The translations under genes and the position numbers were made by a program. The notes below the pieces were generated by a model. The model saw only the letters and a program-made list of their open reading frames with translations. It did no database searches and had not been told where the DNA came from. A DNA stretch of 47,586 nucleotides from a virus (Duplodnaviria; Caudoviricetes), in IMG/VR virus record IMGVR_UViG_3300048575_000449, positions 1 to 47,586 of that record. One strand, given 5' to 3'. The first letter of the stretch is position 1, and each line of letters starts with the position of its first letter. Below are positions 36,901 to 45,595 of the stretch, one piece after another.

Positions 36901-37109
36901 AGCCTGACGAGGTGCCGGCGATCCTGCAGCGCGGCGAGCGGGTGCTGAGCCGCGCCGAGGCCGCGGGATACGAGCGCGGCTCGCGGTCGTCCCCGATCGT
37001 GCTCAACTTCGCCGTCCAGACGCCGGATGCGGCCTCGTTTCGGCGAGCGCAGAGCCAGATCACCGCCGACATGGCGGCGGCGCTCAAGCGTGCGGGGCGC
37101 AACCTGTGA
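33987..37109 (+). CDS. Tape measure protein
   Basis: 1040 aa, Ala/Gln-rich and helical; C-terminal FHGGG...PRFHDG...EVPAILQRGERVL. Confidence 0.92.
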   Translation: MATTNVSIRLGLEGQAQVKRAFDEVGKAGQDSFRGVGTAMDAAGAATDRVTQRLQRLAQAAKQAQAAEAAQRNFNAALGVDRPAAGSARESARVFEDTARAAEDLEARTAALRAQIDPLGDAQRRMNAEVAEADSLFQAGAITQKEHGDAVALSKDRFDLAAGALGELGQKSNLTGGQIRALISTFRLASSAATTGEVPLAKLTIQTLKLGKAFGADSGGLTGIVGGVGRVLASVITPAAAATGAVIAVGGAAVFAYDRWSRAQIELQVAAAGLGRTAGTTADQLDRIARSTAAAGGVSVAVAREMQVAFLQTGKIGTEHFEGLIKVAKNYAATTGTDVKAATKELADAFTDPIKGADDLIQKLKFLDDRTRQYIRVLADQNDRTGAQRVLLDALKASVIDAAEATTALGRAWDFVARMASNAYDALGQAVSRVIDGAPLDERLKQLREERQRLQALIESPPTRLARQARGFNTRLLTEVEAEIARIEARLDAIAVRAKEAKANEQSVRAGSLARELTPGFEELQTLKSRQAQLRAALDDPLIRQKVADLKQVETAYDGVARAVRTWLDPAEKARRLDELEIQALAAKTPAQKAAIAEERRRIELSGQAIPVALAEAEVTRAGTRARAEATQALIDQARVLDVNTKATIGVADAWLKGAAAAQVAEARRRALTEAIQNGVDVETRARDLLREQIAETAAQSAKSVNDLGAEADAQRKLNDAVFAGRLSVEQAQRQMQVEQALRPLIIAQALTEGEARTTLARIIDHLRGAYARLHGEQARAAALQTLEGQNNQIEVLQKQIELVAQGESQRAIVIAQLQAEQQLRQKGIDLAGAEGQAIIANAAAIERLNQSLAQSQSAMQALQGMTDAAFNRFSTLIAEGKTDWKSWADAGRAAIADIEKEILKLAVLNPLKNFLFGTNLGTLNNVGGLLGGLFGFKFHGGGVVGMEGTPTWMPAQVFRNAPRFHDGAFLKPDEVPAILQRGERVLSRAEAAGYERGSRSSPIVLNFAVQTPDAASFRRAQSQITADMAAALKRAGRNL

Positions 37110-37693
37110 CCGGATTCCACGATGTGCGGTTCCCCGATGCGGTGGCGCGCGGCGCCACCGGCGGCCCGGAGTTCTCGACCGACATCATCGCGGTTGCATC
37201 GGGCTTCGAGCAGCGCAACGTGAACTGGTCGGCGGCACGCGCCAAGTACGACATCTCAACCGGCATTCGCACCCGCGAACAGATGGCAGAGGTGATTGCC
37301 TTCTTCCGTGCCCGCAAGGGCCGCGCCTATGGGTTCCGCTTCCGGGACTGGAACGACTTCGAGGCCGCGGGCGAGCCGCTCGCGCCGACCGCGGACCCAC
37401 TGGTCTGGCAGATCACCAAGCAATATGCCTCGGGGCCCTCGGCGGATCAGCGGGCCATCACCAAGCCCGAGGCCGGCACCGTCGTCGTTCGCGTCGACGG
37501 CGAGCCCGTGGCGGTCGATGTGGACCACCTCACCGGTCTCGTGACGTTCGAGGATGAGCCGGCGTCACAGCCTTATGCAGATTTCCGGTTCGACGTGCCG
37601 GTGCGCTTCGACACCGATCATCTGCCGGTGGTCGCGGTCGCCTACCACATCCAGCAGGTCGCCTCGATCGCGCTCGTCGAAATCCGCACCTGA
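37106..37693 (+). CDS. DUF2460/TIGR02217 distal tail protein (RcGTA g12-like)
   Basis: FHDVRFP, GGPEFST, FFRARKGRAYGFRFRDWND, FDVPVRFDTD. Confidence 0.9.
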   Translation: MTGFHDVRFPDAVARGATGGPEFSTDIIAVASGFEQRNVNWSAARAKYDISTGIRTREQMAEVIAFFRARKGRAYGFRFRDWNDFEAAGEPLAPTADPLVWQITKQYASGPSADQRAITKPEAGTVVVRVDGEPVAVDVDHLTGLVTFEDEPASQPYADFRFDVPVRFDTDHLPVVAVAYHIQQVASIALVEIRT

Positions 37694-37695
37694 CC

Positions 37696-38535
37696 ATGAA
37701 GAACGTATCCGCAGCCCTTGCCGAGCATGTTGCCGGCGAGGTGACGACGCTTGCGACCTGTTGGCGGCTCGAACGGATGGACGGCTGGGTGCGCGGCTTC
37801 ACCGATCATGACCGCGCTCTCGTCTTCGATGGGCTGACCTATGTGGCAGCGACGGGGTTCCTGCCGAGCGCCATCAAGTCGGGCTCCGACCTCTCGGTCG
37901 ATAACCTCGACGTGGACGGCTTCCTCGACGACGAGGCGCTCAAGGCCGAGGATTTGACCGCCGGGCTGTTCGACGGTGCGCGCATCGACATTTTCCTCGT
38001 CAACTGGGCCGACCTCTCGCAGGGGCGCCTGCTGCTGCGCCGCGGCTGGCTTGGCGAGGTCAAGCGTGCCGACAACCGCTTCTCGGCCGAAATCCGTGGC
38101 ATCGCCAACCGGCTGCAGCAAACCTCCGGCAAGCTCTATTCGCGCCTGTGCCGCACCGATCTCGGCAGCGCCGAATGCAAGGTCGTGCTCGGGTCGCTCA
38201 CCGACGACCTCGCGGTTACCGCCGTGCCCGGTGGAGACACCTTCACCGTGGCGACGGCACGGCCGACGGGCTTCTACACCTTCGGAATCTGCATGTTCCT
38301 CACCGGCGCCAATGCGGGCGCGGCGACCGAAGTGCTCCAGCACAACGGCAATTCAATCCAGCTGTTCACGCCGATGCCGCGGCCGATCGCGATCGGCGAT
38401 GAGGTCCGCCTCGTTGCCGGTTGCGACAAGACCCCGGAGACCTGTCACGACACGTTCGGCAACATCCTGAACTTCCGTGGCGAGCCGCACATCCCCGGCA
38501 ACGACAAAGTGTTCTCCTATCCGATCAAAGGCTGA
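37696..38535 (+). CDS. DUF2163/BR0599 baseplate hub protein (RcGTA g13-like)
   Basis: TTLATCW, GFTDHDR, CRTDLG..C, GCDKT..TC..F.NILNFRGEPHIPG. Confidence 0.9.
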   Translation: MKNVSAALAEHVAGEVTTLATCWRLERMDGWVRGFTDHDRALVFDGLTYVAATGFLPSAIKSGSDLSVDNLDVDGFLDDEALKAEDLTAGLFDGARIDIFLVNWADLSQGRLLLRRGWLGEVKRADNRFSAEIRGIANRLQQTSGKLYSRLCRTDLGSAECKVVLGSLTDDLAVTAVPGGDTFTVATARPTGFYTFGICMFLTGANAGAATEVLQHNGNSIQLFTPMPRPIAIGDEVRLVAGCDKTPETCHDTFGNILNFRGEPHIPGNDKVFSYPIKG

Positions 38536-38966
38536 TGTTCACGCGGGATGCGCTGATCGCCGAGGCCCGCAGCTGGCTCGGCACGCCCTGGCATCACCAG
38601 GCGGCGCTCAAGGGTGTGGGCTGCGACTGCATCGGCTTCGTGCGCGGCGTCGCCGAGCCATTCGTCGGACCGGTGCCGATCGCTCTCGACTATCCGGCGA
38701 CCTGGCACCTCTATCGTGCCGATCCGCGGCTCTATTCCGGGTTCAAGGCGCGAGCCGAGGAGATCGTACCGGAAGATGCGCGCGCCGGCGACGTGCTGCT
38801 GTTCGGAGCCGGCAAGGGGCCAGCGCACCACTGCGCCTACGTCACGCCGAACGGCGGCCTGATCCATTGCTATCGCGAAGCCGGCGCCGTGGTCGAACAT
38901 GGCCTGTCGCCCTGGTGGCGCGCGAAGCTCCGTCACACTTTCCGGCTGCCGGGCATCGAGGATTGA
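38535..38966 (+). CDS. NlpC/P60 tail peptidase (RcGTA g14-like)
   Basis: EARSWLGTPWHHQA..KGVGCDCIGFVRGV, GDVLLF, HC, IHC. Confidence 0.9.
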   Translation: MFTRDALIAEARSWLGTPWHHQAALKGVGCDCIGFVRGVAEPFVGPVPIALDYPATWHLYRADPRLYSGFKARAEEIVPEDARAGDVLLFGAGKGPAHHCAYVTPNGGLIHCYREAGAVVEHGLSPWWRAKLRHTFRLPGIED

Positions 38967-38968
38967 TC

Positions 38969-39604
38969 GTGGCGAAGATCGTCCTCACCGTCGGCGGCTA
39001 TGTGCTGGGCAACCTGCTGCTGCCAGGCCTCGGCGGCGCGATCGGCGGCCTGGTCGGGGGCTACGTCGGCGGCATCGTCGATCAGCAGCTGTTCGGCGGC
39101 ACGGCGAGCCAGACCGTCTACGGCGCGCGCATGCAGGACCTGCGCGTGCAGTCGTCGAGCTATGGCGCGGTGATCCCGATGCTCTATGGCAAGGGACGGC
39201 TTGCCGCCAACGTCATCTGGATGCGTGGCTTCGACGAGGAGGTCCGCACCGAGACGCAGACTGTCGGCGGCGGTGGCAAGGGTGGCGGGGGCGGCGGCAG
39301 CCAGACCGTCACCAATGTCACCTACCACTATTACGCGGACGTGGCGGTCGGGCTCTGCGCCGGGCCGATCGCCGCAGTGCGCCGCGTGTTTGCAGACGGC
39401 AATGCGTTCGAGGACGACAAGGTCGGCGACATGCGGGTCTATCTCGGCGACGAGTCGCAGTCGCCGGACCCGCTGATCCAGGCCGTGGAGGGCGCCGACC
39501 GCACGCCGGCCTATCGCGGTCTTGCCTATGTGATGATGGAGCGGCTCTACATCACGCCGTTCGGCAATCGCCTGCCCAGCCTCACATTTGAGCTTGAGAC
39601 ATGA
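38969..39604 (+). CDS. Stand-alone paralog of the N-terminal about 210 aa of the tail-tip (megatron-like) protein
   Basis: Gly-rich hydrophobic N-terminus, SSYGAVIP, YHYYADVAVGLC, PDPLIQAVEGADRTPAYRGLAYV; collinear with the protein starting at 40356. Confidence 0.8.
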   Translation: MAKIVLTVGGYVLGNLLLPGLGGAIGGLVGGYVGGIVDQQLFGGTASQTVYGARMQDLRVQSSSYGAVIPMLYGKGRLAANVIWMRGFDEEVRTETQTVGGGGKGGGGGGSQTVTNVTYHYYADVAVGLCAGPIAAVRRVFADGNAFEDDKVGDMRVYLGDESQSPDPLIQAVEGADRTPAYRGLAYVMMERLYITPFGNRLPSLTFELET

Positions 39605-39616
39605 ATGGATGACGCC

Positions 39617-39928
39617 TCATGCGGCGGCCGGGCGCAGCGGCCGGGCCCGCTTGATGCGCTCGCGGCGCTCCGGAGAATGCAAGGCTTCCCAGAGATCGCT
39701 GCGGCGCTGTACGTTCAGCCAGAAATCCGCGCTGTTGCCGAACACCCGCGCCAGCATCAGGGCGGTATCGGCGGTCACCGCGCGCCGGTTGTTGCACAAT
39801 TCGTTGACGTGCTTGCGCGCCACCCCCATGGCCTGCGCAAGGTCGCCTTGCGTCAGGCCGAGCGGCGCCATGAATTCCTCGACCAGGATTTCGCCGACGC
39901 TCGCCGGCTTGCGCTTCGTCATCAGCAT
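39617..39928 (-). CDS. higA: HigA-family antitoxin (HTH-XRE)
   Basis: GEILVEEFMAPLGLTQGDLAQAMGVARKHVNELCNNRRAVTADTAL...FWLNVQ. Confidence 0.92.
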   Translation of the reverse strand: MLMTKRKPASVGEILVEEFMAPLGLTQGDLAQAMGVARKHVNELCNNRRAVTADTALMLARVFGNSADFWLNVQRRSDLWEALHSPERRERIKRARPLRPAAA

Positions 39929-39936
39929 GCTTCACC

Positions 39937-40233
39937 TCATCGATAGCTGTGATTATCGAGATACACGTCGGACGCCTCGCCTTTGCCGCCGTGCCACCGG
40001 AACACCAGCCGCCACTGCTCGTTCACCCGGATCGAATGCCAGCCGGCCAGCGCGCCCCTCAGCTTCTCGAAGTGGTTGCTGGGCGGCACGCGAAGATCGG
40101 CGTCGCCGGTGGCGTCGTCCAGCATTTGCAGCTTTCTGAACAATCGGGTCTCCAGATCCGCCGGAATCCTCTTGGCTCGGACATCGTCCACGAAGAAGTC
40201 GCGCAGCCAGGCATCCCGGAACGAGACGATCAT
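39937..40233 (-). CDS. higB: HigB/RelE-family toxin
   Basis: MIVSFRD, DLRVPPSNHFEKLRG, HSIRVNEQWRLVFRW; toxin gene precedes the antitoxin gene. Confidence 0.92.
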   Translation of the reverse strand: MIVSFRDAWLRDFFVDDVRAKRIPADLETRLFRKLQMLDDATGDADLRVPPSNHFEKLRGALAGWHSIRVNEQWRLVFRWHGGKGEASDVYLDNHSYR

Positions 40234-40271
40234 GATGGCGTCCCAAGATGGCGTCCCAAGCGATCTAAACC

Positions 40272-40300
40272 AATGTACCACTCCATGGGACACATTGCCA
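40272..40300 (-). promoter_or_regulatory. Putative higBA promoter (TGGCAA-N17-TACATT) with an imperfect palindromic operator
   Basis: 17-bp spacer; CAATGT...ACATTG inverted repeat at 40271-40297. Confidence 0.55.
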
Positions 40301-40355
40301 GCCCCTCGCCCGGGAGAGGCTTCGGCATCGTCGCCCACGTCCGCGGCCGTCGCTG

Positions 40356-43300
40356 ATGGCGCAGCTCGTCCTCACGCTCGCCGGCGGCATGCTCGGCGGC
40401 ATCGGTGGTGGCCTCGGCCAGTCGCTCGGCGCGCTGCTTGGCGCTTACGTCGGCGGCATCATCGACCAGGAACTGTTCGGGCCGGAGCAGGACCGCAAAC
40501 CGGTCGAAGGCGCCCGCGTCACCGACGTCAACCTGTCGGGCTCGGCCTACGGGCAGACCGTCCCCGCGATCTGGGGCCGGATGCGGGTGCCGGCGAACAT
40601 CATCTGGGTGCGCGGTATCCGCGAGGTGGTGCGCACCGAGACCGAGACGGTCGGGGGCGGCGGTGGCAAAGGAGGACTCGGCGGGGGTGGGGGCGCCCCC
40701 CAGACCATCACGCGCACGACCTATCACTACTATGCTGACGTGGCGCTCGGCATCTGCGAAGGCCCGGTCACCTCGATCTATCGCCTCTGGCTCGACAAGA
40801 CCCCGCTCGATCCCGAGCACGTCGGTGAGATTCGCTCATACTATGGAGATGAAGATCAGCAGCCCGACCCGCTGATTCAGGCGGTTGAGGGCGCCGACCG
40901 GACACCGGGCCTGCGCGGCGTCGCCTACGTCGTCCTCGAAAACCTCTACCTCACGCCCTACGGCAACCGCTTCCCGAACTTCGAGGTCGAGGCCTATCGC
41001 GGCTCGCGGCCGGAGGCCGGCGACGCGCGGCACCTGGTTCGCAGCGTTTGTCTCATTCCGGCAAGCGGCGAATGGGCTTACGAGCCCGATCTGGTGCGCA
41101 GCCGCGTGCGCAACGCGACGCTCAACAGCCATGCCGGGAGGAAAGCGTCGGATTTCGCGGTCTCGATCGAGAGCCTCGGCCGGGAGGTGCCCAACGTCGA
41201 ATGGGTGAGCGTCGTCTATGCCTGGTTCGGCACCTCGATCGATGTCGCGACCTGCTCGATCCGGCCCGAGGCCGAATACGCCATCCATCCCGACCGCGTG
41301 CCCGACACGGCGCCCTATCTCTGGTCGGTGGCGGGACTCGGTCGCCCGATCTTCGGCTCCGGCGCGCCGGCTTGGCCGCTGGTCTCGTCCTACGTGAAGC
41401 CGGACGGATCGACCGGTCTCTATTACGGCGGCACCATCGGCGACGGTTCCATGGTGCGGGCGATCCAGCACCTGCGCGACCTTGGCTACAAGGTCATGCT
41501 CTACCCCTTCCTGATGATGGATATTCCGCCGCCCGACCCGTCGCCGTTCCCATGGCGCGGCCGGATCGGCGGCGCGGCGGAGGATGTGGCCGGCTTCTTC
41601 GAGCGCAGCGATGGCTACCTGCGCTTCATCCGGCATTGCATGTCGCTCGCGGAGGACGCAGGCGGTGTCGACGGCTTCGTCGTCGGCTCCGAGATGGTCG
41701 CGCTCAACCGCATCCGCGACGGCGCCGGCAATTATCCGGCCGTGCCGTTCTGGAAGGAGATCGCGGACGAGGCAAAGGTACGCCTCGGATCGGAATGCAT
41801 TGTCACCTATGCGGCGGATTGGTCGGAGTATCGCTATCATGATCGCGGCGATGCCAATGTGGACTTCCCGCTCGATGCGCTGTGGGCCGATTCCAACATC
41901 GACGTGGTCGGGATCGATGCGTATTTCCCGCTGACGGACGTGCCGCGTGCCGTCTACGATAAGGACGCGATCAAAACCGGCTGGGCGTCCGGTGAACTCA
42001 TCGATTATTACTACGCGGCTTTAGCCCACCGAGACCTTGCGCGCCGCGGCTTCGACCCGCAGCGCTCCCCGATCGACGACCGCTTCTGGGCGATCAAGGA
42101 TATCCGCACCTGGTGGGAGAACGAGCACGTCCCGCGCGTTAGCGGCGTCCCGACCGGACCGCCGACCGAGTGGTCGCCGCGAGGCAAGCCGATCTGGCTG
42201 ACCGAGTACGGCTTCCCCTCGGTCAACTGCGCGACCAACCAGCCCAACGTCTTCATCGACCCCAAATCGAGCGAAAGCTTCGCGCCCTACTACTCCAACC
42301 GCGCCATCGACCGCGTGGTCCAGCGCGCCGCCATCGAGGCCACCGAGGAATTCTGGCTCGATCCGGCGAACAACCCGACCTCGCCAGTCTACGACGGGCC
42401 GATGGTCGGACGGCGGTTCGTGTGGTGCTGGGACGCAAGGCCATACCCGTACTTTCCGAGCCTCACCAACGTCTGGTCGGACGGCGAGAACTTTCGGCTC
42501 GGCCACTGGATCGAGGGAAAGATCGGCAACATGCTTCTGTCCGAGATCGTGCGTGACCTGTGCCTGCGCGCAGGGCTCGCCGAGACCGAATTCGATGTCT
42601 CGGCGCTCGACGACGAGGTGGTCGGTTACGTGGTGACCGAGCGCAAGGCCATCCGCGACATGATCGGCGTGTTGCAGGCGGCGTATTTCTTCGATGCGGT
42701 CGAGACCGACGGCGTGCTGGTGTTCGTCAAGCGCGGGGCCGGCACCATCGTTGCACTCGATCCCGACGACCTCGGCGCCAACGAGCACGATGGCGACCGC
42801 TCGCGGGTCAAGATCGAGCGCACGCAGGATACCGAGCTGCCGATCGCCGTCGATATCGTGCATATCGACGAAGGCCGGGACTACCAGTCCTCGACCGCCA
42901 CTGTGCGCAAGCAGGTCGGCCGGTCCGAGAGCGTGACCACGATCAGCTTGCCGATCGTGCTCTCGATCGAGCAGGCCCAGGCGATCGGCCAGCGGGCGCT
43001 GCGCGAGATCTGGCAGGGCCGGGAGGCGATCGATCTGCGGCTGCCGACCCGCGCCGTGCGGCTCGACCCGACCGATCTCGCGGACGTGCCGATCGACGGC
43101 GTGATGCGGCGCGTCCGGCTCACCTCCGTGACCTACGGCAAGCCCGGGCTGGTGCTGCTGCGCGGGGTTCCGACCGACGGCGGCGTCCCGGAATTCTACA
43201 CCGCGCCCACGGGGAGCGGCTCGTTGCCGCCGGCCGCCGCCGAGCCGGTCGCGCCGATCCGGGTCGAACTGCTCGACATGCCGATCATGACCGATAATCA

Positions 43301-44189
43301 CGATGCTTCGGCCGCGAGTTTCTATGTGGCGGCCTGTCCGGTCGGCGCCGGCCGCTTCCGCGGCGCGACCCTGTTCCAGCCGACCGCCGACGGGCTCGAT
43401 TACGTCGTCGCCGCATTCGCGGGGCTGCCCTCCATCATGGGCGAAACCGTCACCGAACTGGCCCCCGGACCGGCATGGCGATGGGACGTGGTGAACAGCG
43501 TCGAGGTCCAGCTCGATTTTGGCACGCTGCAGAGCCTCGCCGACGAGCGAGTGCTCGCGGGCGCCAACGCCGCGCTCATCGGCGACGAGGTCGTCCAGTT
43601 CGCCAACGCCGAGCTGATCGGCGAGGGCCGCTATCGGCTCAGCCGCCTGCTGCGCGGCCAACGCGGCACCGAACACGAGATCGCGACGCATCCGGCGGCA
43701 AGCCGCTTCATCCTGCTCGACCCGGCGCGCCAGCCGCGCCCGAGCTTCCCGGTTTCGCGGGTCGGGATCGAGATCGCCTGGCGCACCGCGCCGGTGCCGC
43801 AAGGGCCGAGCGGCGACCTGTCCGACGAGATCGTGTTCGCCAACAGCGGCCGAGGGTTGCGGCCGTTCGCGCCGGTGCATCTTGCGGCCAGCCGCGACCC
43901 GTCTACGGGCGACATACAGCTGTCCTGGACCAGGCGCACGCGCATCGGCGGCGACGCCTGGCTCAACGAGGTGCCGCTCGGCGAGGAGACGGAAGAGTAC
44001 GAAGTGGCGATCCTCGATGGTGCGGAGGTCGTGCGCACGCTGCGCGTGACCAATCCAATCGCGCTCTACACCGCCGCGCAGCAGGCCGCCGACTTCGGCT
44101 CGCCGCCGGACTCGCTTGCCTGGCGCGTCTTCCAAATCTCCCGCGCCTATGGGCGCGGCATCCCCGCCGAGACGCTCTCAACCTTCTGA
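40356..44189 (+). CDS. Tail-tip/host-specificity protein with a GTA TIM-barrel-like domain (RcGTA g15 megatron-like)
   Basis: 1277 aa; CLIPASGEW, LYPFLMMDIP, PWRGRI, VGSEM, TYAADWSEY, IDAYFPLTD, KPIWLTEYG, WDARPYPYFP, LSRLLRGQRGTE, WTRRTRIGGD. Confidence 0.9.
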   Translation: MAQLVLTLAGGMLGGIGGGLGQSLGALLGAYVGGIIDQELFGPEQDRKPVEGARVTDVNLSGSAYGQTVPAIWGRMRVPANIIWVRGIREVVRTETETVGGGGGKGGLGGGGGAPQTITRTTYHYYADVALGICEGPVTSIYRLWLDKTPLDPEHVGEIRSYYGDEDQQPDPLIQAVEGADRTPGLRGVAYVVLENLYLTPYGNRFPNFEVEAYRGSRPEAGDARHLVRSVCLIPASGEWAYEPDLVRSRVRNATLNSHAGRKASDFAVSIESLGREVPNVEWVSVVYAWFGTSIDVATCSIRPEAEYAIHPDRVPDTAPYLWSVAGLGRPIFGSGAPAWPLVSSYVKPDGSTGLYYGGTIGDGSMVRAIQHLRDLGYKVMLYPFLMMDIPPPDPSPFPWRGRIGGAAEDVAGFFERSDGYLRFIRHCMSLAEDAGGVDGFVVGSEMVALNRIRDGAGNYPAVPFWKEIADEAKVRLGSECIVTYAADWSEYRYHDRGDANVDFPLDALWADSNIDVVGIDAYFPLTDVPRAVYDKDAIKTGWASGELIDYYYAALAHRDLARRGFDPQRSPIDDRFWAIKDIRTWWENEHVPRVSGVPTGPPTEWSPRGKPIWLTEYGFPSVNCATNQPNVFIDPKSSESFAPYYSNRAIDRVVQRAAIEATEEFWLDPANNPTSPVYDGPMVGRRFVWCWDARPYPYFPSLTNVWSDGENFRLGHWIEGKIGNMLLSEIVRDLCLRAGLAETEFDVSALDDEVVGYVVTERKAIRDMIGVLQAAYFFDAVETDGVLVFVKRGAGTIVALDPDDLGANEHDGDRSRVKIERTQDTELPIAVDIVHIDEGRDYQSSTATVRKQVGRSESVTTISLPIVLSIEQAQAIGQRALREIWQGREAIDLRLPTRAVRLDPTDLADVPIDGVMRRVRLTSVTYGKPGLVLLRGVPTDGGVPEFYTAPTGSGSLPPAAAEPVAPIRVELLDMPIMTDNHDASAASFYVAACPVGAGRFRGATLFQPTADGLDYVVAAFAGLPSIMGETVTELAPGPAWRWDVVNSVEVQLDFGTLQSLADERVLAGANAALIGDEVVQFANAELIGEGRYRLSRLLRGQRGTEHEIATHPAASRFILLDPARQPRPSFPVSRVGIEIAWRTAPVPQGPSGDLSDEIVFANSGRGLRPFAPVHLAASRDPSTGDIQLSWTRRTRIGGDAWLNEVPLGEETEEYEVAILDGAEVVRTLRVTNPIALYTAAQQAADFGSPPDSLAWRVFQISRAYGRGIPAETLSTF

Positions 44190-44198
44190 ACCAAAGCC

Positions 44199-45530
44199 AT
44201 GCCGACACCGAACTTGGCCCTGCCGCAGCTTGCGGCCGACCAGGCGCAAAAACACGTCACCGTCAACGAGGCCCTCCTGGGCCTCGATGCGCTGGTGCAG
44301 CTCGCCGTCCTCGACCGGGACCTTGCGGCCCCGCCCGGCTCGCCGGCACAAGGTGTGCGCTATCTTGTTGCGGCCGACCCGACCGGCGCCTGGGACGGAC
44401 ACGAGAACCACATCGCGGTCTTCCTCGACGGCGCCTGGCGGTTCTTCGTGCCGAACGTCGGCTGGCTCGCCTGGATCGCGGACGAGGCCGCGCTGCTCGC
44501 CTGGAACGGTTCCGCCTGGGTCGATGCGCTTGCCGCCGTCTCCGCCATCCAGAACCTGCCGCTGCTCGGAATTCTCACCACCGCCGATGCCTCGAACCGT
44601 CTCGCCGTGAAGTCGGACGGCGTGCTGCTCAGCCATGACGACGTGACGCCCGGCAGCGGCGACATGCGAGTGGCGCTCAACAAGAGCGCGACGGCGAAGG
44701 ACGCCGGCTTCACGTTCCAGGATGCGTTCAGCACCCGCGCCTTGTTCGGGCTCCTCGGCGACAACGACTTCGTCATCAAGGTCAGCCCGGATGGCTCGGT
44801 CTTCTACACCGCAATCTCGATCGACAAGGACACCGGCCATGTCGGCCTTGGCGGCGCAATCGCGGATGCCAACAATGCCTTGATCGTCAAGGGCACCGCG
44901 TTCCTGTTCGACCGGGAGACGGACGATGTCCGCTTCACCTTCAACAAGGCGGCGGCCGGCGACGATGTCGCGCTCACCTTCCAGACCAACTATTCCGCCC
45001 GCGCATTGGTCGGGCTACTCGGTGACGACCACTTCACGTTCAAAGTGTCGCCGGACGGCTCGACCTACTTCACCGGCTTCGTGCTCGATAAGGACAGCGG
45101 CCAGTTCAAGATACCGCTGGCGCCGAAGTTCTCCGCCTACACCAACTTCGACAACTACATCGCCGCCAACACCTGGACCAAGATCCAGTTCAACAACGCC
45201 GATAGCAACGACCAGAACGCGTTCAGCGGCGGCAACAACGATTTCACGGCGCCGTTCTCCGGCAATTACGCGCTCGGCTTCTCGCTCCGCTTCAAGGCCA
45301 ACGCGACGGTCCCCACCAAGGTGATCGCCACGTTCTACAAGAACGGCGCCGAACTCGGGCGCGGCCGCGTGGTCTCCGGCGCACCGGTAGACGATGTCAC
45401 CACCTTTAATCTGTCGGCTCTAACGCCGCTCGCGCAGGACGACGTGATCGACGTACGCGTCAATTTCGCGACCAACGACGGCTACATCGAGAGCGACCAG
45501 TCGCACTTCTGGGGCCACTACGTGCCCTGA
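44199..45530 (+). CDS. DUF2793-domain tail fibre/receptor-binding protein with a C1q-like C-terminus
   Basis: TPNLALP..QAQKHVTVNEAL..LDALVQ, GAW.F..P..GW; internal duplication; C-terminal FSAY...WTKIQFN...FTAP..GNY. Confidence 0.85.
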   Translation: MPTPNLALPQLAADQAQKHVTVNEALLGLDALVQLAVLDRDLAAPPGSPAQGVRYLVAADPTGAWDGHENHIAVFLDGAWRFFVPNVGWLAWIADEAALLAWNGSAWVDALAAVSAIQNLPLLGILTTADASNRLAVKSDGVLLSHDDVTPGSGDMRVALNKSATAKDAGFTFQDAFSTRALFGLLGDNDFVIKVSPDGSVFYTAISIDKDTGHVGLGGAIADANNALIVKGTAFLFDRETDDVRFTFNKAAAGDDVALTFQTNYSARALVGLLGDDHFTFKVSPDGSTYFTGFVLDKDSGQFKIPLAPKFSAYTNFDNYIAANTWTKIQFNNADSNDQNAFSGGNNDFTAPFSGNYALGFSLRFKANATVPTKVIATFYKNGAELGRGRVVSGAPVDDVTTFNLSALTPLAQDDVIDVRVNFATNDGYIESDQSHFWGHYVP

Positions 45531-45556
45531 ACGATCATCCGATCGACCACCACCAC

Positions 45557-45583
45557 GGCCGCCGCAAGGCGGCTTTCGTATTT
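45557..45583 (+). terminator. Hairpin plus T-rich tract before the lysis cassette
   Basis: GGCCGCC-GCAA-GGCGGCT followed by TTCGTATTT. Confidence 0.5.
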
Positions 45584-45595
45584 CTGGAGGAGGCA

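Noticed and set aside
39617-39928. HigA as the prophage immunity repressor
   Set aside because: It has a typical HigA sequence, is paired with HigB, has no S24 peptidase domain and is far from the early promoters.
40285-40356. 23-aa leader ORF (MGHIASP...RGRR) with a TGATG overlap onto the tail-tip gene
   Set aside because: It could provide translational coupling, since the tail-tip gene lacks an obvious SD, but it has no SD of its own and overlaps the higBA promoter; support is too weak.
38969-41000. Diversity-generating retroelement or invertible tail-fibre switch
   Set aside because: There is no reverse transcriptase, the duplicated segments differ at all base types, and there are no inverted recombination sites or invertase nearby.
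42021-44135. Long antisense or alternative-frame ORFs (e.g. 704 aa here, 553 aa at 16950-18611, 544 aa at 23189-24823)
   Set aside because: They are shadows of well-supported genes in high-GC DNA and have no recognisable motifs.
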